Below are positions 47,676 through 57,646 of a stretch of 64,000 bases of DNA, piece by piece. Source of the DNA: Scrofimicrobium sp. (lineage in GTDB: Bacteria > Actinomycetota > Actinomycetes > Actinomycetales > Actinomycetaceae); contig JBATQJ010000152.1 in assembly GCA_049291975.1 (NCBI GenBank), forward strand, positions 601 to 64,600, in the 5' to 3' direction. The stretch's first letter is position 1; each line of letters begins with the position of its first letter. The translations under genes were made by a program, and so were the position numbers. A model generated the notes under the pieces. It was not told the origin of the DNA and searched no databases. It was given only the letters and a program-made list of their open reading frames with translations.

Positions 47676-49412
47676 CTAAGGCTCGGGCCATGCGACAACC
47701 TCCACGTTCGGATCGCCTTCACAGCCCGCAACGCGCGCTTGAGTAGCCGCGACTTCTTCTGGAGCGGTGTGAACCGTTACAGGAATGTCCCACACTGTCA
47801 CCAGATCACACAACTGCTCATTCGTCCAGGGCTGCGGAGTATAGATGTATATAGAGGCGGGATTCGGAAGTCCCTCGGCGACAGAGAGCCTGATCAAATA
47901 GAAGTTCGGCAACCCATACTCAAATGGGTCGTCGCTGAGCACCACATTCGCTCCGTACGGATCAGCATCAAATATCGTGACGAGCCGATCGACGCTCTGC
48001 AAATGAGTCTCGCTGTAATCAGTGCCAAGGATAGTGACAGCACTCGCCACTGCCATCTTCTTCGTCTGATAATTGAAGGGAGAAAGAGTCGCGAAGAGGA
48101 ACACCGCCAGCGCCAGCACTCCGGCCGCAAGTTGCTTCACCAGCCCAGTTCCCGAGGAGATCAAGACTGCTACCTGTCCAATCAGTACCGACGCGGTCAA
48201 TGTGAGGACCAAAGTCAAGTACTTCACGGGATAGTAGCCAAGCAGGGATTCCTGACCGAGCCTCGGAATAACTAGAAGTCCAAAGCCCGCAATGGATGAG
48301 GCCAACATCCACAACTGTCCCTGATTCACCAGCCGTGCCTGAGACCATCCCCTTCTTCCGGCGGCAACCCAGAACCACACGGACAAAGCAGCATAAAGAA
48401 CGAAACTGATCGCGACGGTTCTAGTGGTGTAAGGGGCGGTCCAACCATTGGCGGCCAATGCCTGGCCGTGTCCACGAAGATCTGCTAGGGAGAACGCCAC
48501 CATGTAGATAGCCATCTGCACAAACGAAAGTAGCGGAAGCAGCCACCCTCCAGGGCGCCTCACGTCTTCAGTCTTCCGCTGGCCCCAGGTGGTGGCCAGG
48601 AGCGAAATCACCAACGCAAACGGCACCGTCATCAAGGGAGCCCAAGCAGAGGCCGCGACTGTGACCAGCCCAAAGAGAATCGCGATCTTGCCCTGCAGGC
48701 CTATTAGCCAATGTGGGGACGCATGAACAATGACCGCCAGCCACAAGACCAAGTACGCTATCCAGACGTTTGCGTGACCAGCAGCAAAGATCTGATGAAG
48801 AAGAATCCCAGTGTACGGAATCCATCCCACACCGAAAACGAGGGCGGCGCTCATCAGAGGGTTCAACTGCCTGGTGAAGCCAAGAGTGAACCAACCTGAT
48901 AGCAGCGAAGCGGTAGCTCCAACAAGCAACAGAACTAGCGCGTTGGAAAAGATGGCTTGGAACAAAGACGGGGTTTGATCAAGCCCATAACCAAGCGCGA
49001 AGAGCAGATTCGTAAGCGGAGCCGGGTTTGGGTTTGCGCCGAACCCAACTCCTCCGGCCTCATGGATTGCAAGAGACTGCATTGTGTTGGTGGCCATGTC
49101 GCCCTCAATCGCCCACATCGGGTAACCACCGGAACGGAACCAAGCCGTGACCAGTAGGGCAGTGCCAAGTATGGGAGCAACGATGACGGAAATCCATGAA
49201 AGGCCCAAAGGCTCAGCCCGCTCTGGTCGGCTACTAACTCGCTTCCCGACCAGGATCCACGTGGCGACGGCCGAAATAACCGCGATTGCCAGTTCTATCA
49301 GAATGCCAACAGGACCCGGTTCAACACCGACTAATGCCGGAAACCGAGCAACCCAGATGAAGACTAGTAGCGAAACTGACAGACTGGCGGCTAGCTTATA
49401 CAGGTTGGTCAT
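47676..49412 (-). CDS. Large polytopic membrane protein with a C-terminal soluble domain, function unknown
   Basis: More than 12 hydrophobic helices, then an approximately 130-aa non-hydrophobic C-terminus. ATG at 49412 is preferred over TTG at 49433. Confidence 0.7.
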   Translation of the reverse strand: MTNLYKLAASLSVSLLVFIWVARFPALVGVEPGPVGILIELAIAVISAVATWILVGKRVSSRPERAEPLGLSWISVIVAPILGTALLVTAWFRSGGYPMWAIEGDMATNTMQSLAIHEAGGVGFGANPNPAPLTNLLFALGYGLDQTPSLFQAIFSNALVLLLVGATASLLSGWFTLGFTRQLNPLMSAALVFGVGWIPYTGILLHQIFAAGHANVWIAYLVLWLAVIVHASPHWLIGLQGKIAILFGLVTVAASAWAPLMTVPFALVISLLATTWGQRKTEDVRRPGGWLLPLLSFVQMAIYMVAFSLADLRGHGQALAANGWTAPYTTRTVAISFVLYAALSVWFWVAAGRRGWSQARLVNQGQLWMLASSIAGFGLLVIPRLGQESLLGYYPVKYLTLVLTLTASVLIGQVAVLISSGTGLVKQLAAGVLALAVFLFATLSPFNYQTKKMAVASAVTILGTDYSETHLQSVDRLVTIFDADPYGANVVLSDDPFEYGLPNFYLIRLSVAEGLPNPASIYIYTPQPWTNEQLCDLVTVWDIPVTVHTAPEEVAATQARVAGCEGDPNVEVVAWPEP

Positions 49413-49466
49413 CTGGCCCGAACCCTTCTTCAAGCCTCATCCAGGAGCAAGCCGGTTCAACAGGAG

Positions 49467-50999
49467 TCACTGTTTTGCGCCTTCCCTCACCGAGCCAATC
49501 GTCCTATAGCTAGTGAAACTAAGCCAGGACAGCAAGGTAACCCCGCTCGACATGGCCACTACGCCAATCACAAACGTCAACAGCGGACTGAGTCCCCATG
49601 GCCACCACTCAGAGTCGTGCAGCAGACTGCCGTCCACACCGACAGAGAATCTCTCGATAGTCCTGTACAGAGCAAACGCGTGGGCAATGCACACAAAGAC
49701 AACCATCAATACCCACTGCATTCCGCGATCCATCAATGTGCTTTGCCGCATTCCTGCAATCCAGACCAAGAAGAATACGGCCATCAGAGGTAGCAGGTAC
49801 CGAGGCTGGTAGTAGTTCACCGGATAGACGTGACGCAGGGTCATCGACACGATGGGTATCCCAGCTATCGCACCAATTAGCACCAGGCTTGCGAGGGCCT
49901 TGCGGACACCAATTTCCCGGGCCCCCGCAAATACCACGCCTCCGGCAACGATGAGCATGCCAAACACAGTCCAGCCATCAAGTGTGGTGTCAAACCATCC
50001 GGGACCCGCACCATAGCCCCACATGCCCGCGATGTAGTCAGGGATCGTTTCAATGTTGTTGATGAGGACCCTCAACGTCGACGCGTTAGCGTCCACCGGC
50101 CATCCTCCAGAATCGGTCAGGGACCCCACCTGCCCCGCTCTGAGAAACATCAACAAGGACAAAAGAGTTAGACCCACCGACCAAACGAAGATGCTCCGCC
50201 TCTGCCGCCTAATTGGGATCAATAACCAGAGCGCCAGGGTCACCACGAAAACATAGAAAGCTGAATCGGCACGTGATGTTGCAGCAAGGACGGTCCCAAA
50301 TACCATCATCGCGACTTCAGCCCAACGTCGCCAACCGACCGCCTCAGCGGCAGCGATAGTTGCTGCCGCATATATGAGCACACCCGTTATCGCCCAGCTT
50401 GTCGGGTTATTCGACGCGATGAAATACACTCCCATCGGAACCCACGCGACAGTTGCGGCGAGAAACAGTGCTGGTCTGAGCTTCCGCGATGCGAAGGCCG
50501 CAACCAGCACCAGGCCGCCCAGACCCAAGACGACGTTAACCACCCGCATCACCATGATCGAGTGAAAGACATCCCCACCCACCAGTAGCCGATGGAGTTG
50601 GTAATAGCCCGGCGGATAGGTCCCATCGTCGAATCGTTCCGTCTGAACGATGTCATTGTCCGAGAGCGTCTCCGTGCATTCGGCACTGATCTCCGGATGG
50701 AATGCATAGCAGGCAGCCGACCCAGCCACAGATTCGGGCACGCCTACTGTCGCAATCTCACCATCTTCCACCGTGTAGTCGCACCCTGAGTCCGCGACCG
50801 GCCACGGGCACCAGACGCTCCCCAAGTGGTAGTCGTCATCAGGTGAAGCTCCGACCGGAGAGGAGGAGGCCCACACCAAGAAACCGACAAACACCGCGAG
50901 CACACCAACGGCTGCCGCAACTACTCGTCTCCAGTCTCTCGTGCCCTGCTCGATAGTAACCACGTCCAGGGGAGCTGAATTTGACGGAGTCAGACGCAT
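49467..50999 (-). CDS. DUF2142-like polytopic membrane protein (putative GT-C fold glycosyltransferase)
   Basis: An N-terminal TM helix followed by SPDDDYH (resembles the DUF2142 PDE..H loop), then about 11 helices. Confidence 0.65.
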   Translation of the reverse strand: MRLTPSNSAPLDVVTIEQGTRDWRRVVAAAVGVLAVFVGFLVWASSSPVGASPDDDYHLGSVWCPWPVADSGCDYTVEDGEIATVGVPESVAGSAACYAFHPEISAECTETLSDNDIVQTERFDDGTYPPGYYQLHRLLVGGDVFHSIMVMRVVNVVLGLGGLVLVAAFASRKLRPALFLAATVAWVPMGVYFIASNNPTSWAITGVLIYAAATIAAAEAVGWRRWAEVAMMVFGTVLAATSRADSAFYVFVVTLALWLLIPIRRQRRSIFVWSVGLTLLSLLMFLRAGQVGSLTDSGGWPVDANASTLRVLINNIETIPDYIAGMWGYGAGPGWFDTTLDGWTVFGMLIVAGGVVFAGAREIGVRKALASLVLIGAIAGIPIVSMTLRHVYPVNYYQPRYLLPLMAVFFLVWIAGMRQSTLMDRGMQWVLMVVFVCIAHAFALYRTIERFSVGVDGSLLHDSEWWPWGLSPLLTFVIGVVAMSSGVTLLSWLSFTSYRTIGSVREGAKQ

Positions 51000-51130
51000 G
51001 TTCCAACTCTAGGCGGAAAGAAGCAAATGATGGCTTCCCCTGACAGAAAAGCGGCGGGTTTCTCCAGTGGGAAGCAACACCTTGCGCCACTTCAAGTCGG
51101 TTGAGACGGAGCTGCTGAGATACTGGACTC

Positions 51131-52000
51131 GTGATTGATATCTTCGTTCCCTTCTGGGGAAAGCCAAGTCAGCTATTCGAGGCGGTCGAGTCGGTAAAAG
51201 CTCAGTCTTCACCCAACTGGCGGCTTACCATCGTGGATGACTGCTATCCCGAGGACGTTTCGGCTTACTTTGTAGATCAGAGCGACCCAAGGATTAGGTA
51301 TATCCGAAATGATCAAAATCTTGGGATTATCGAGAACTTCGCAAAGTGTCAGTCCCTAGCAGAAGGCGACTACACCGTCTTCATGGGCTGCGACGATCTC
51401 CTTGATCCTGAGTACGTCGAGGTTATTGAGAAGGTCGCGTCCAGGCTGCCTGGGATTGAGATCATCCAACCTGGTGTTGAAGTGATTGACGAGAACGGCG
51501 AGGTCACATCACCACTAGCAGACAAGGTGAAAACCCTCATCCGTCCACGAGGAAGTGGCACGATCGTGATTTCCGGCGAAAACGCGGCAAAGTCCCTACT
51601 TGTCGGCGACTGGCTCTATTGGCCCAGCCTCGCATTCCGGACCGAAGCTCTGAAGACTGTGGAGTTCTTGCCCGACTACGAAATCATTCTGGATCTGGGA
51701 CTCATCCTTGATTTGATACAGGGTGGTGCCCGTATCGCGATAGTCCCAGAAACGGTGTTCAAATATCGGCGTCACTCCGAAAGCCTCAGTTCACAGGCTC
51801 TCCTTGACGGTCCTCGGTTCGAGGATGAACGACGATTCTTCAGTGATCGCGCCGATCAACTTCAGCAGATGGGATGGACCCGCGCAGCCCGGTCAGCGCG
51901 AACACACATAACCTCCAGGGCCTATGCGCTCACCCTGCTTCCGACCGCTCTGAAATCCAAGAATGGTCTTCGCGCACTGCTACAGCACGTTGTGAGCTAG
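51131..52000 (+). CDS. GT2 glycosyltransferase
   Basis: IDIFVPFWG...VESVKAQSSPNWRLTIVDD...GCDDLLDPEY. GTG start. Confidence 0.85.
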   Translation: MIDIFVPFWGKPSQLFEAVESVKAQSSPNWRLTIVDDCYPEDVSAYFVDQSDPRIRYIRNDQNLGIIENFAKCQSLAEGDYTVFMGCDDLLDPEYVEVIEKVASRLPGIEIIQPGVEVIDENGEVTSPLADKVKTLIRPRGSGTIVISGENAAKSLLVGDWLYWPSLAFRTEALKTVEFLPDYEIILDLGLILDLIQGGARIAIVPETVFKYRRHSESLSSQALLDGPRFEDERRFFSDRADQLQQMGWTRAARSARTHITSRAYALTLLPTALKSKNGLRALLQHVVS

Positions 52001-52356
52001 TCGTTCGTCTTACGCTCTAGCTCGCCGACTCGCTGGTCCAGAAGCGCTAGCTCTTCGACCAGTCTTCGCTCGCGGTCGGCTGCCCTGGAAAGATCAACGC
52101 TGTACTGGAGTGTCATTAGTAAGAGGACCAGCCCGCCTGCAAACAATCCAAGGTTCAGCGGAACTTCAACCCCCAGTTCGTTACTCAACCACGTCAGTAT
52201 TCCGGGAAAAACCGAGATGAGAACAATCGTGATTCCGATGAGGATCCACCAGAACGCGTAACGTTCCTTCATTCTTCCGGCACGGAGGTTCCAGAAGATA
52301 GCGGCAAAAACAATCAGTGCGAAAGCGATTCCGAACGCATAACTAGTGCTAGTCAT
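51997..52356 (-). CDS. DUF2304-family small membrane protein
   Basis: A 119-aa protein with four hydrophobic helices and a C-terminal coiled segment. Its start overlaps the stop of the GtrB-like gene by 8 nt. Confidence 0.75.
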   Translation of the reverse strand: MTSTSYAFGIAFALIVFAAIFWNLRAGRMKERYAFWWILIGITIVLISVFPGILTWLSNELGVEVPLNLGLFAGGLVLLLMTLQYSVDLSRAADRERRLVEELALLDQRVGELERKTND

Positions 52357-53101
52357 CGGAGGCTCCTGTCTCGCTCTTGCCGGGCTTCCGGGTTAGCGCA
52401 ATCCCTAGCGCGAACCACGCACGAAGCAGGAATCGCGAAGACTTTATCGGCCCATGAGAAGGTTCCCCGCCCACCCTCGGCCTCATTTCAACCGGAACCT
52501 GGGTGATCTTTAGCCCCTCGCGCGCGCCAAGCGTTAGCGCTCCGACAGTATCCCCCAGATATTCGGCTGGATAGTCCGCGGAGAAAAGCTCTATGGCCCG
52601 ACGCGAGTTTAGCTTGAACCCAGAAGTGGTATCCGTAAGCTTGGCCCCGGTGACGGGTGAGAGTATCCACGACATGACACTCATCGCCCACTTTCGCGGG
52701 CCCCGAGCCTTGTAGTCGCCTTTACCCGCGAACCGAGCACCTATCACAACGTCAGCGTCTGACCACAATGCCTCGTCCATTAGGGTTTTCAGTTCCGCTG
52801 GATCATGTTGTCCATCAGCATCCAACTGAGCAGCCCAACTGTATCCGTGGCGTTTGGCGTAGAGATATCCCGCTCGCATGGCCCCGCCGACTCCGAGATT
52901 AAGAGGAAGGTCCAGCACGGCTACGCCTCGGATGCGCGCCTGTTCCACCGTGTCATCGGTCGATCCGTCCGAAACAACCAGAACATCAACCTCTGGCGCC
53001 ACCTTACGAACTTCGTCGAGAACTCCACCGATTACAGTTCCCTCATTCCATGCGGGAATGATTACGAGGACGCGATCATCCGGCACACTCTTGCCGGCCA
53101 T
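52349..53101 (-). CDS. GT2 polyprenyl-phosphate sugar synthase (GtrB/DPM1-like)
   Basis: VLVIIPAWNE...VLVVSDGSTDDT...DADGQHDP. Confidence 0.9.
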   Translation of the reverse strand: MAGKSVPDDRVLVIIPAWNEGTVIGGVLDEVRKVAPEVDVLVVSDGSTDDTVEQARIRGVAVLDLPLNLGVGGAMRAGYLYAKRHGYSWAAQLDADGQHDPAELKTLMDEALWSDADVVIGARFAGKGDYKARGPRKWAMSVMSWILSPVTGAKLTDTTSGFKLNSRRAIELFSADYPAEYLGDTVGALTLGAREGLKITQVPVEMRPRVGGEPSHGPIKSSRFLLRAWFALGIALTRKPGKSETGASDD

Positions 53102-53109
53102 TTCCCGCC

Positions 53110-53976
53110 TTACCTCTCGTCGAGAAGGGAAACCAGGTACTCGCCGTATCCGGACTTCCGAAGGGGTTCCGCAACCTCGCGTAGCCGGTCGTCACTCAGA
53201 AAACCCCTCCGCCATCCCACTTCTTCAGGGGAGCCGATTTTCATTCCCTGCCGATCCTGAACCGTCCTCACAAACACCGCCGCGTCTGCCAGATCATTGA
53301 ACGAGCCCGTGTCCAGCCAAGCTGTCCCACGAGGAAGTACCGACACGGACAACTTGCCCGCCTCAAGGTACTTCTTGTTCACATCCGTAATCTCGTACTC
53401 ACCGCGAGCGGAGGGTTCCAGACTCTTGGCAATCCCAACGACAGAGTTGTCATAGAAATAAAGTCCGGGAACCGCATAGTTCGAACGAGGCTTTTCTGGC
53501 TTCTCTTCCAGGGAAAGCGCTTTGAAATCACTGTCGAACTCAACAACTCCATACTCACGAGGATCAGCAACGTGATAGGCAAACACAGCTGCCCCATCAA
53601 TGTCATTTAGTTGTGAGAGTCGCGTACCCATTCCTGGGCCGTAGAACAAATTGTCCCCAAGGACCAGAGCAACCTTGTCGTCTCCAATGAAGTCCGCTCC
53701 GATCACGAACGCCTGGGCCAATCCATTCGGTACAGCCTGTTGCGCATAGCTGATCTTGACGCCGTACTGGGAGCCGTCGCCGAGAAGACGCTCAAACCCG
53801 GGAGCGTCGTGAGGGGTGGTGATCACAAGAATCTCATCGATTCCGGCCAGCATCAAAGTCGTTAGGGGATAGTAGATCATCGGCTTGTCGTAAACCGGCA
53901 TTAGCTGCTTGGATGTTCCAAGAGTCAGTGGGTGTAGACGAGTTCCTGAACCGCCCGCCAGAATAATGCCCTTCAT
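53110..53976 (-). CDS. rmlA: Glucose-1-phosphate thymidylyltransferase
   Basis: [18 protein letters not shown]...[17 protein letters not shown]. Confidence 0.95.
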   Translation of the reverse strand: MKGIILAGGSGTRLHPLTLGTSKQLMPVYDKPMIYYPLTTLMLAGIDEILVITTPHDAPGFERLLGDGSQYGVKISYAQQAVPNGLAQAFVIGADFIGDDKVALVLGDNLFYGPGMGTRLSQLNDIDGAAVFAYHVADPREYGVVEFDSDFKALSLEEKPEKPRSNYAVPGLYFYDNSVVGIAKSLEPSARGEYEITDVNKKYLEAGKLSVSVLPRGTAWLDTGSFNDLADAAVFVRTVQDRQGMKIGSPEEVGWRRGFLSDDRLREVAEPLRKSGYGEYLVSLLDER

Positions 53977-54127
53977 TGCAAGACCTTTCTGAAGACTGGA
54001 GTCTCCAAAAGGTTATCGTAACGCCAGAGCAGTCGAGGCAACACGCGACAATAGATGGTGTATCAAGAGCACATCACCTATCGGGTATCGACTGCGAGTC
54101 GGATCCGCAGCAAAGGCGGCGAAGCCC

Positions 54128-56428
54128 TTAGTCCAAATCATCAGACAGTAGGTAACCGATAGGTTGCGGGTGAGCGAGCTGATCTCTCAGGTTGTTCATC
54201 GCCACTTCGCACCTGCCCCGCGCGCAAATCGATACCTCTCCGTCTGGGTCATATCCGGACGGGTAGACCAGGAAGGGGTCGTTCAGGACGTCAAGGACTC
54301 GCTGAGAAAAGAACGGAGCGACACTACGTGAGTACGCCGTCGTGACGTGATTGCCATCGAAGTAGACCATCACGTTCCCGATAATCGTCGGACAAATCCC
54401 GTCTACGCAGTAGGCGTCCCGCATATCGAGAAAATGGAATCCGTCCAGTCGAAGAAGCGGATCTAGGATCTCTGAGTCTGCAAAATGTTCGTCTTCAAGA
54501 AGAAGGCAACCGCCGTACGGAGCGTTCTCTGGCCGTTCACTGGAGCACTCGAATAGGTTATTTTCGGCACGTATGCTGTCCGAGATTCCAAAAACCATGA
54601 CCCCTCTGTCTAGTAGCTCTTGAACCAATTCAACCACCCCATCTACCAGAACCTCCTCGTTGGAGTCGGCCTTCGTTAAGGTGACGATGAGGAATGCGTA
54701 GTCGGGAGGGTTCTGATCCACATACTCAAAGAGTCGCTGGTTCTGATCAGAGCACTCTTGGTGGTAGTTCCCGGGCATCGTCCAGGGACACCCCGGAAAC
54801 AGGACCGAGAACACCTCCCAATCTTGGGATTGGATTAGCGGAGGAATCTGCCAAGTCAGTAGTTGCTGCGCGTGGCTACTGCCCGCGAGCACAACCGTCT
54901 TTCCTTTGCTGTCCCTGTCTCCGAGGGAGCTGCATAGAGGAGCGGCTCCCTCTCCAATGAAGTCGATGACGCTGGGCGGACAAGGATCGTCGTATATCGG
55001 CTGCGCGGCGGCAGTGAGGGCGTCTGGTATCGGCTCGACGCCGGCAAAATCGGGCTCGGCCTCCCCCAGAAGAATCCGCGCACCGGGATGCTCCGCTGAG
55101 CCCGGCCCTGCTATTGGAATGGACTCATCGAGCCTGATCTCTAGTTTTGATTCCGCTGATCCGACCAGATCAGATTCTGCGTGGACCACCACAGATGCAT
55201 CGGTCTCCTCATTGATTCTGTCGTTTAGCCAGATCCAGCTTGCAGTGACCGGAAGAAGCCCAATTATTAGCCACAGAACAACCATGACGTACTTGTTCTT
55301 CGTTGAACGATTCGTCCAAGGTAGCTTCCGGAGTGGGTCATCGACAAGCTTGGTGAGAACCCAGCCAAGTACGACTGAGATGACAATCAAAGCAATGCCG
55401 CTATTCAACCCCAGTTGTTCCTGGTCTCTGTAAGCGAGGAAGAAGACGAAGACTGGCCAGTGGACCAAGTAGACCGCATAAGAGATGTCGCCCAGGGCTA
55501 CCAGCGGCTTCCATGCCAACACCCTTCCGACTGCGTCGGTCGGAGCATCCGGGTTGTATAGCAAAATGACGCTTACTGCCAGGATCGGGACTGCGGCCAT
55601 TGGTCCCGGATATGAACCGATTGAGACCAGGCAGTAGAGGATCAACACAATGAATGCCGTCGGCACCAGCAATCGGGTTAGTTTACGTGGGAGCCTAAGC
55701 CATGGTGCGAGGGCCGCGATCATTGATCCGAGCGCGAACTCCCATATCCGAGACCGAGTGTCAAAGTAGACCGAAGCATCATCCGGAGAGAATTGCATGA
55801 GCCACAACAGAGAGAACGCTGCAACCAATCCGAAGGTAATGGCCACAAGGCCGCGTGGACTGACCCTGATCTTGCGCGCGATGACGACGCAGATGGTCAT
55901 AAGCAACGGCCATAGTAGGAACATTTGGCCTTGCATCGACATTGACCAAAGGTGCTGAAGCGGACTTGAAAGGGCGTGATCGTCGGCGTAATAGTCAGCT
56001 GACACCGCGGCAAGACGCCAGTTTTCCCAGTACGTGATCGAGGCGAATGACTGAACTGTGATTTCGCGCCAACGATCCGCAGTCAAGATAAGTAGGGATG
56101 CGCCAAGCGTCGCGAGAACAACGATAACCAAGGGCGGAAGTAGACGTTTGAACGTGTTTCCCCACCGCTCGATGAAGAACGGCATCTTTCCAGCCTCTGT
56201 GCGACGCAAGAATGAAGACGTCATCAGATATGCGGAAATCATGATGAATGAGTCGACACCGATCGGCGAACCGATTCTCCAGGCATGGTACAAGAGCACC
56301 TGCGCCATGAGAATGGCGCGAAGCCCCTGAATGTCGTAACGCCGCTTCGACGGAGGCACGCCAAGTGCAGGGACCGTTGTCCCCTGCTTCAGTCGGCCCT
56401 CATTCTGCCGCTTCGGCGATGCCCACAT
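54128..56428 (-). CDS. Acyltransferase-3 membrane domain fused to an SGNH-like extracytoplasmic domain (OafA/YrhL type)
   Basis: YDIQGLRAILMAQVLLYHAW start of the AT3 domain, about 10 helices, then an approximately 350-aa soluble region. Confidence 0.85.
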   Translation of the reverse strand: MWASPKRQNEGRLKQGTTVPALGVPPSKRRYDIQGLRAILMAQVLLYHAWRIGSPIGVDSFIMISAYLMTSSFLRRTEAGKMPFFIERWGNTFKRLLPPLVIVVLATLGASLLILTADRWREITVQSFASITYWENWRLAAVSADYYADDHALSSPLQHLWSMSMQGQMFLLWPLLMTICVVIARKIRVSPRGLVAITFGLVAAFSLLWLMQFSPDDASVYFDTRSRIWEFALGSMIAALAPWLRLPRKLTRLLVPTAFIVLILYCLVSIGSYPGPMAAVPILAVSVILLYNPDAPTDAVGRVLAWKPLVALGDISYAVYLVHWPVFVFFLAYRDQEQLGLNSGIALIVISVVLGWVLTKLVDDPLRKLPWTNRSTKNKYVMVVLWLIIGLLPVTASWIWLNDRINEETDASVVVHAESDLVGSAESKLEIRLDESIPIAGPGSAEHPGARILLGEAEPDFAGVEPIPDALTAAAQPIYDDPCPPSVIDFIGEGAAPLCSSLGDRDSKGKTVVLAGSSHAQQLLTWQIPPLIQSQDWEVFSVLFPGCPWTMPGNYHQECSDQNQRLFEYVDQNPPDYAFLIVTLTKADSNEEVLVDGVVELVQELLDRGVMVFGISDSIRAENNLFECSSERPENAPYGGCLLLEDEHFADSEILDPLLRLDGFHFLDMRDAYCVDGICPTIIGNVMVYFDGNHVTTAYSRSVAPFFSQRVLDVLNDPFLVYPSGYDPDGEVSICARGRCEVAMNNLRDQLAHPQPIGYLLSDDLD

Positions 56429-56446
56429 TGCTGCTATACGTCACCA

Positions 56447-57646
56447 CTAACTGTCAGAGGCAGGACTCAACTGAGCGCTAACTTCTGAAAATATTGTTCC
56501 TATGCTCTGATGGCCCGCCTCGACACGGAATAGGCCCACCCCATCCGTCCGGCAGACCTCGCGTTGTTGACCATCGAAATATCCCACCGACAAGGTGTAT
56601 CCGCCCTCTCCAAGAGACAGATTGGGAAACTCCATAGTCACAACTTGCCTACCTTGAATCGGCAAATTTCCAATACCTGACGCGTGTGCCGAAGTTGCCA
56701 TCACAGTCGACTCAAGGGGATTGACAAGCCCGACAGTTAGGTCCCATCTGTCCGTAGGGTCCTCAACCTCAAACTCAATATTGACAGTCAGTGCCTCCCC
56801 TGGGTGCAACGCAGATCCGTCGGGTACAGAGGATATAACCGAATGTATCCGAGCGGCGCGGGGTTTGTCATCACTTTGTCCGGAGACGTCAATGACCCCT
56901 TCCGAACCATTGAAGCCCGCACGAAGCACAGTAATGCCTTCCTCGGGTTCCCCATCGAAGAGCATGTGTCCATGTCCGAGAACTACGACTCGGTCGCACA
57001 GGGACGCAATCTGCCCCATAGAATGGGACACGATAATGATCGTTCTTCCTTGTTTTTGGAACTCAGAGATCTTGGAGAGACACTTCTGTTGGAACGCTTC
57101 GTCGCCAACGGCGAGTACCTCATCCACCAGTAACAGGTCTGGATCGGAATGTATCGCTACTGCAAACGCCAAGCGCACATACATCCCGGAGGAATAGAAC
57201 TTGACCTGAGTATCGATAAACTGTTCGATCCCAGAAAACGAGACAATTTCGTCGAACTTCTCTTCAGTTTCTTGCCTGGACATCCCAAGTATTGACGCGT
57301 TTAGGTATACGTTCTCGCGGCCAGTGAGATCGGGATGAAACCCTGCCCCAAGTTCAATCAGCGCCGCTACCCTTCCCCTGGTCTCAACTGAACCTGTATC
57401 GCTATCGATTATCCCGCCAATGACCTTGAGCAATGTTGACTTGCCGGAACCATTTGGGCCGATCAAGCCTATTGTGGAGCCAGCTTTGACCTCTAGATCG
57501 ATGTCTCTCAGGGCCCAAAAGTCTTCCTCGAACTGCTTTGACTGAAACGGATGAAGTAGTCGGTCTTTGACAGACTTATCCTTTCGTAGCACGAATCTTT
57601 TGGAAACATTCCTAAGTTCAATGACTGTTGGAATTACCTGTTTCAT
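56447..57646 (-). CDS. ABC transporter ATP-binding protein, Wzt/TagH type, with C-terminal extension
   Basis: GPNGSGKSTLLK, the signature YSSGMYVRLAFA and LLLVDEVLAVGD, then an approximately 150-aa beta-rich C-terminal domain. ATG at 57646 overlaps the permease TGA (TGATG); GGAG upstream. Confidence 0.9.
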   Translation of the reverse strand: MKQVIPTVIELRNVSKRFVLRKDKSVKDRLLHPFQSKQFEEDFWALRDIDLEVKAGSTIGLIGPNGSGKSTLLKVIGGIIDSDTGSVETRGRVAALIELGAGFHPDLTGRENVYLNASILGMSRQETEEKFDEIVSFSGIEQFIDTQVKFYSSGMYVRLAFAVAIHSDPDLLLVDEVLAVGDEAFQQKCLSKISEFQKQGRTIIIVSHSMGQIASLCDRVVVLGHGHMLFDGEPEEGITVLRAGFNGSEGVIDVSGQSDDKPRAARIHSVISSVPDGSALHPGEALTVNIEFEVEDPTDRWDLTVGLVNPLESTVMATSAHASGIGNLPIQGRQVVTMEFPNLSLGEGGYTLSVGYFDGQQREVCRTDGVGLFRVEAGHQSIGTIFSEVSAQLSPASDS

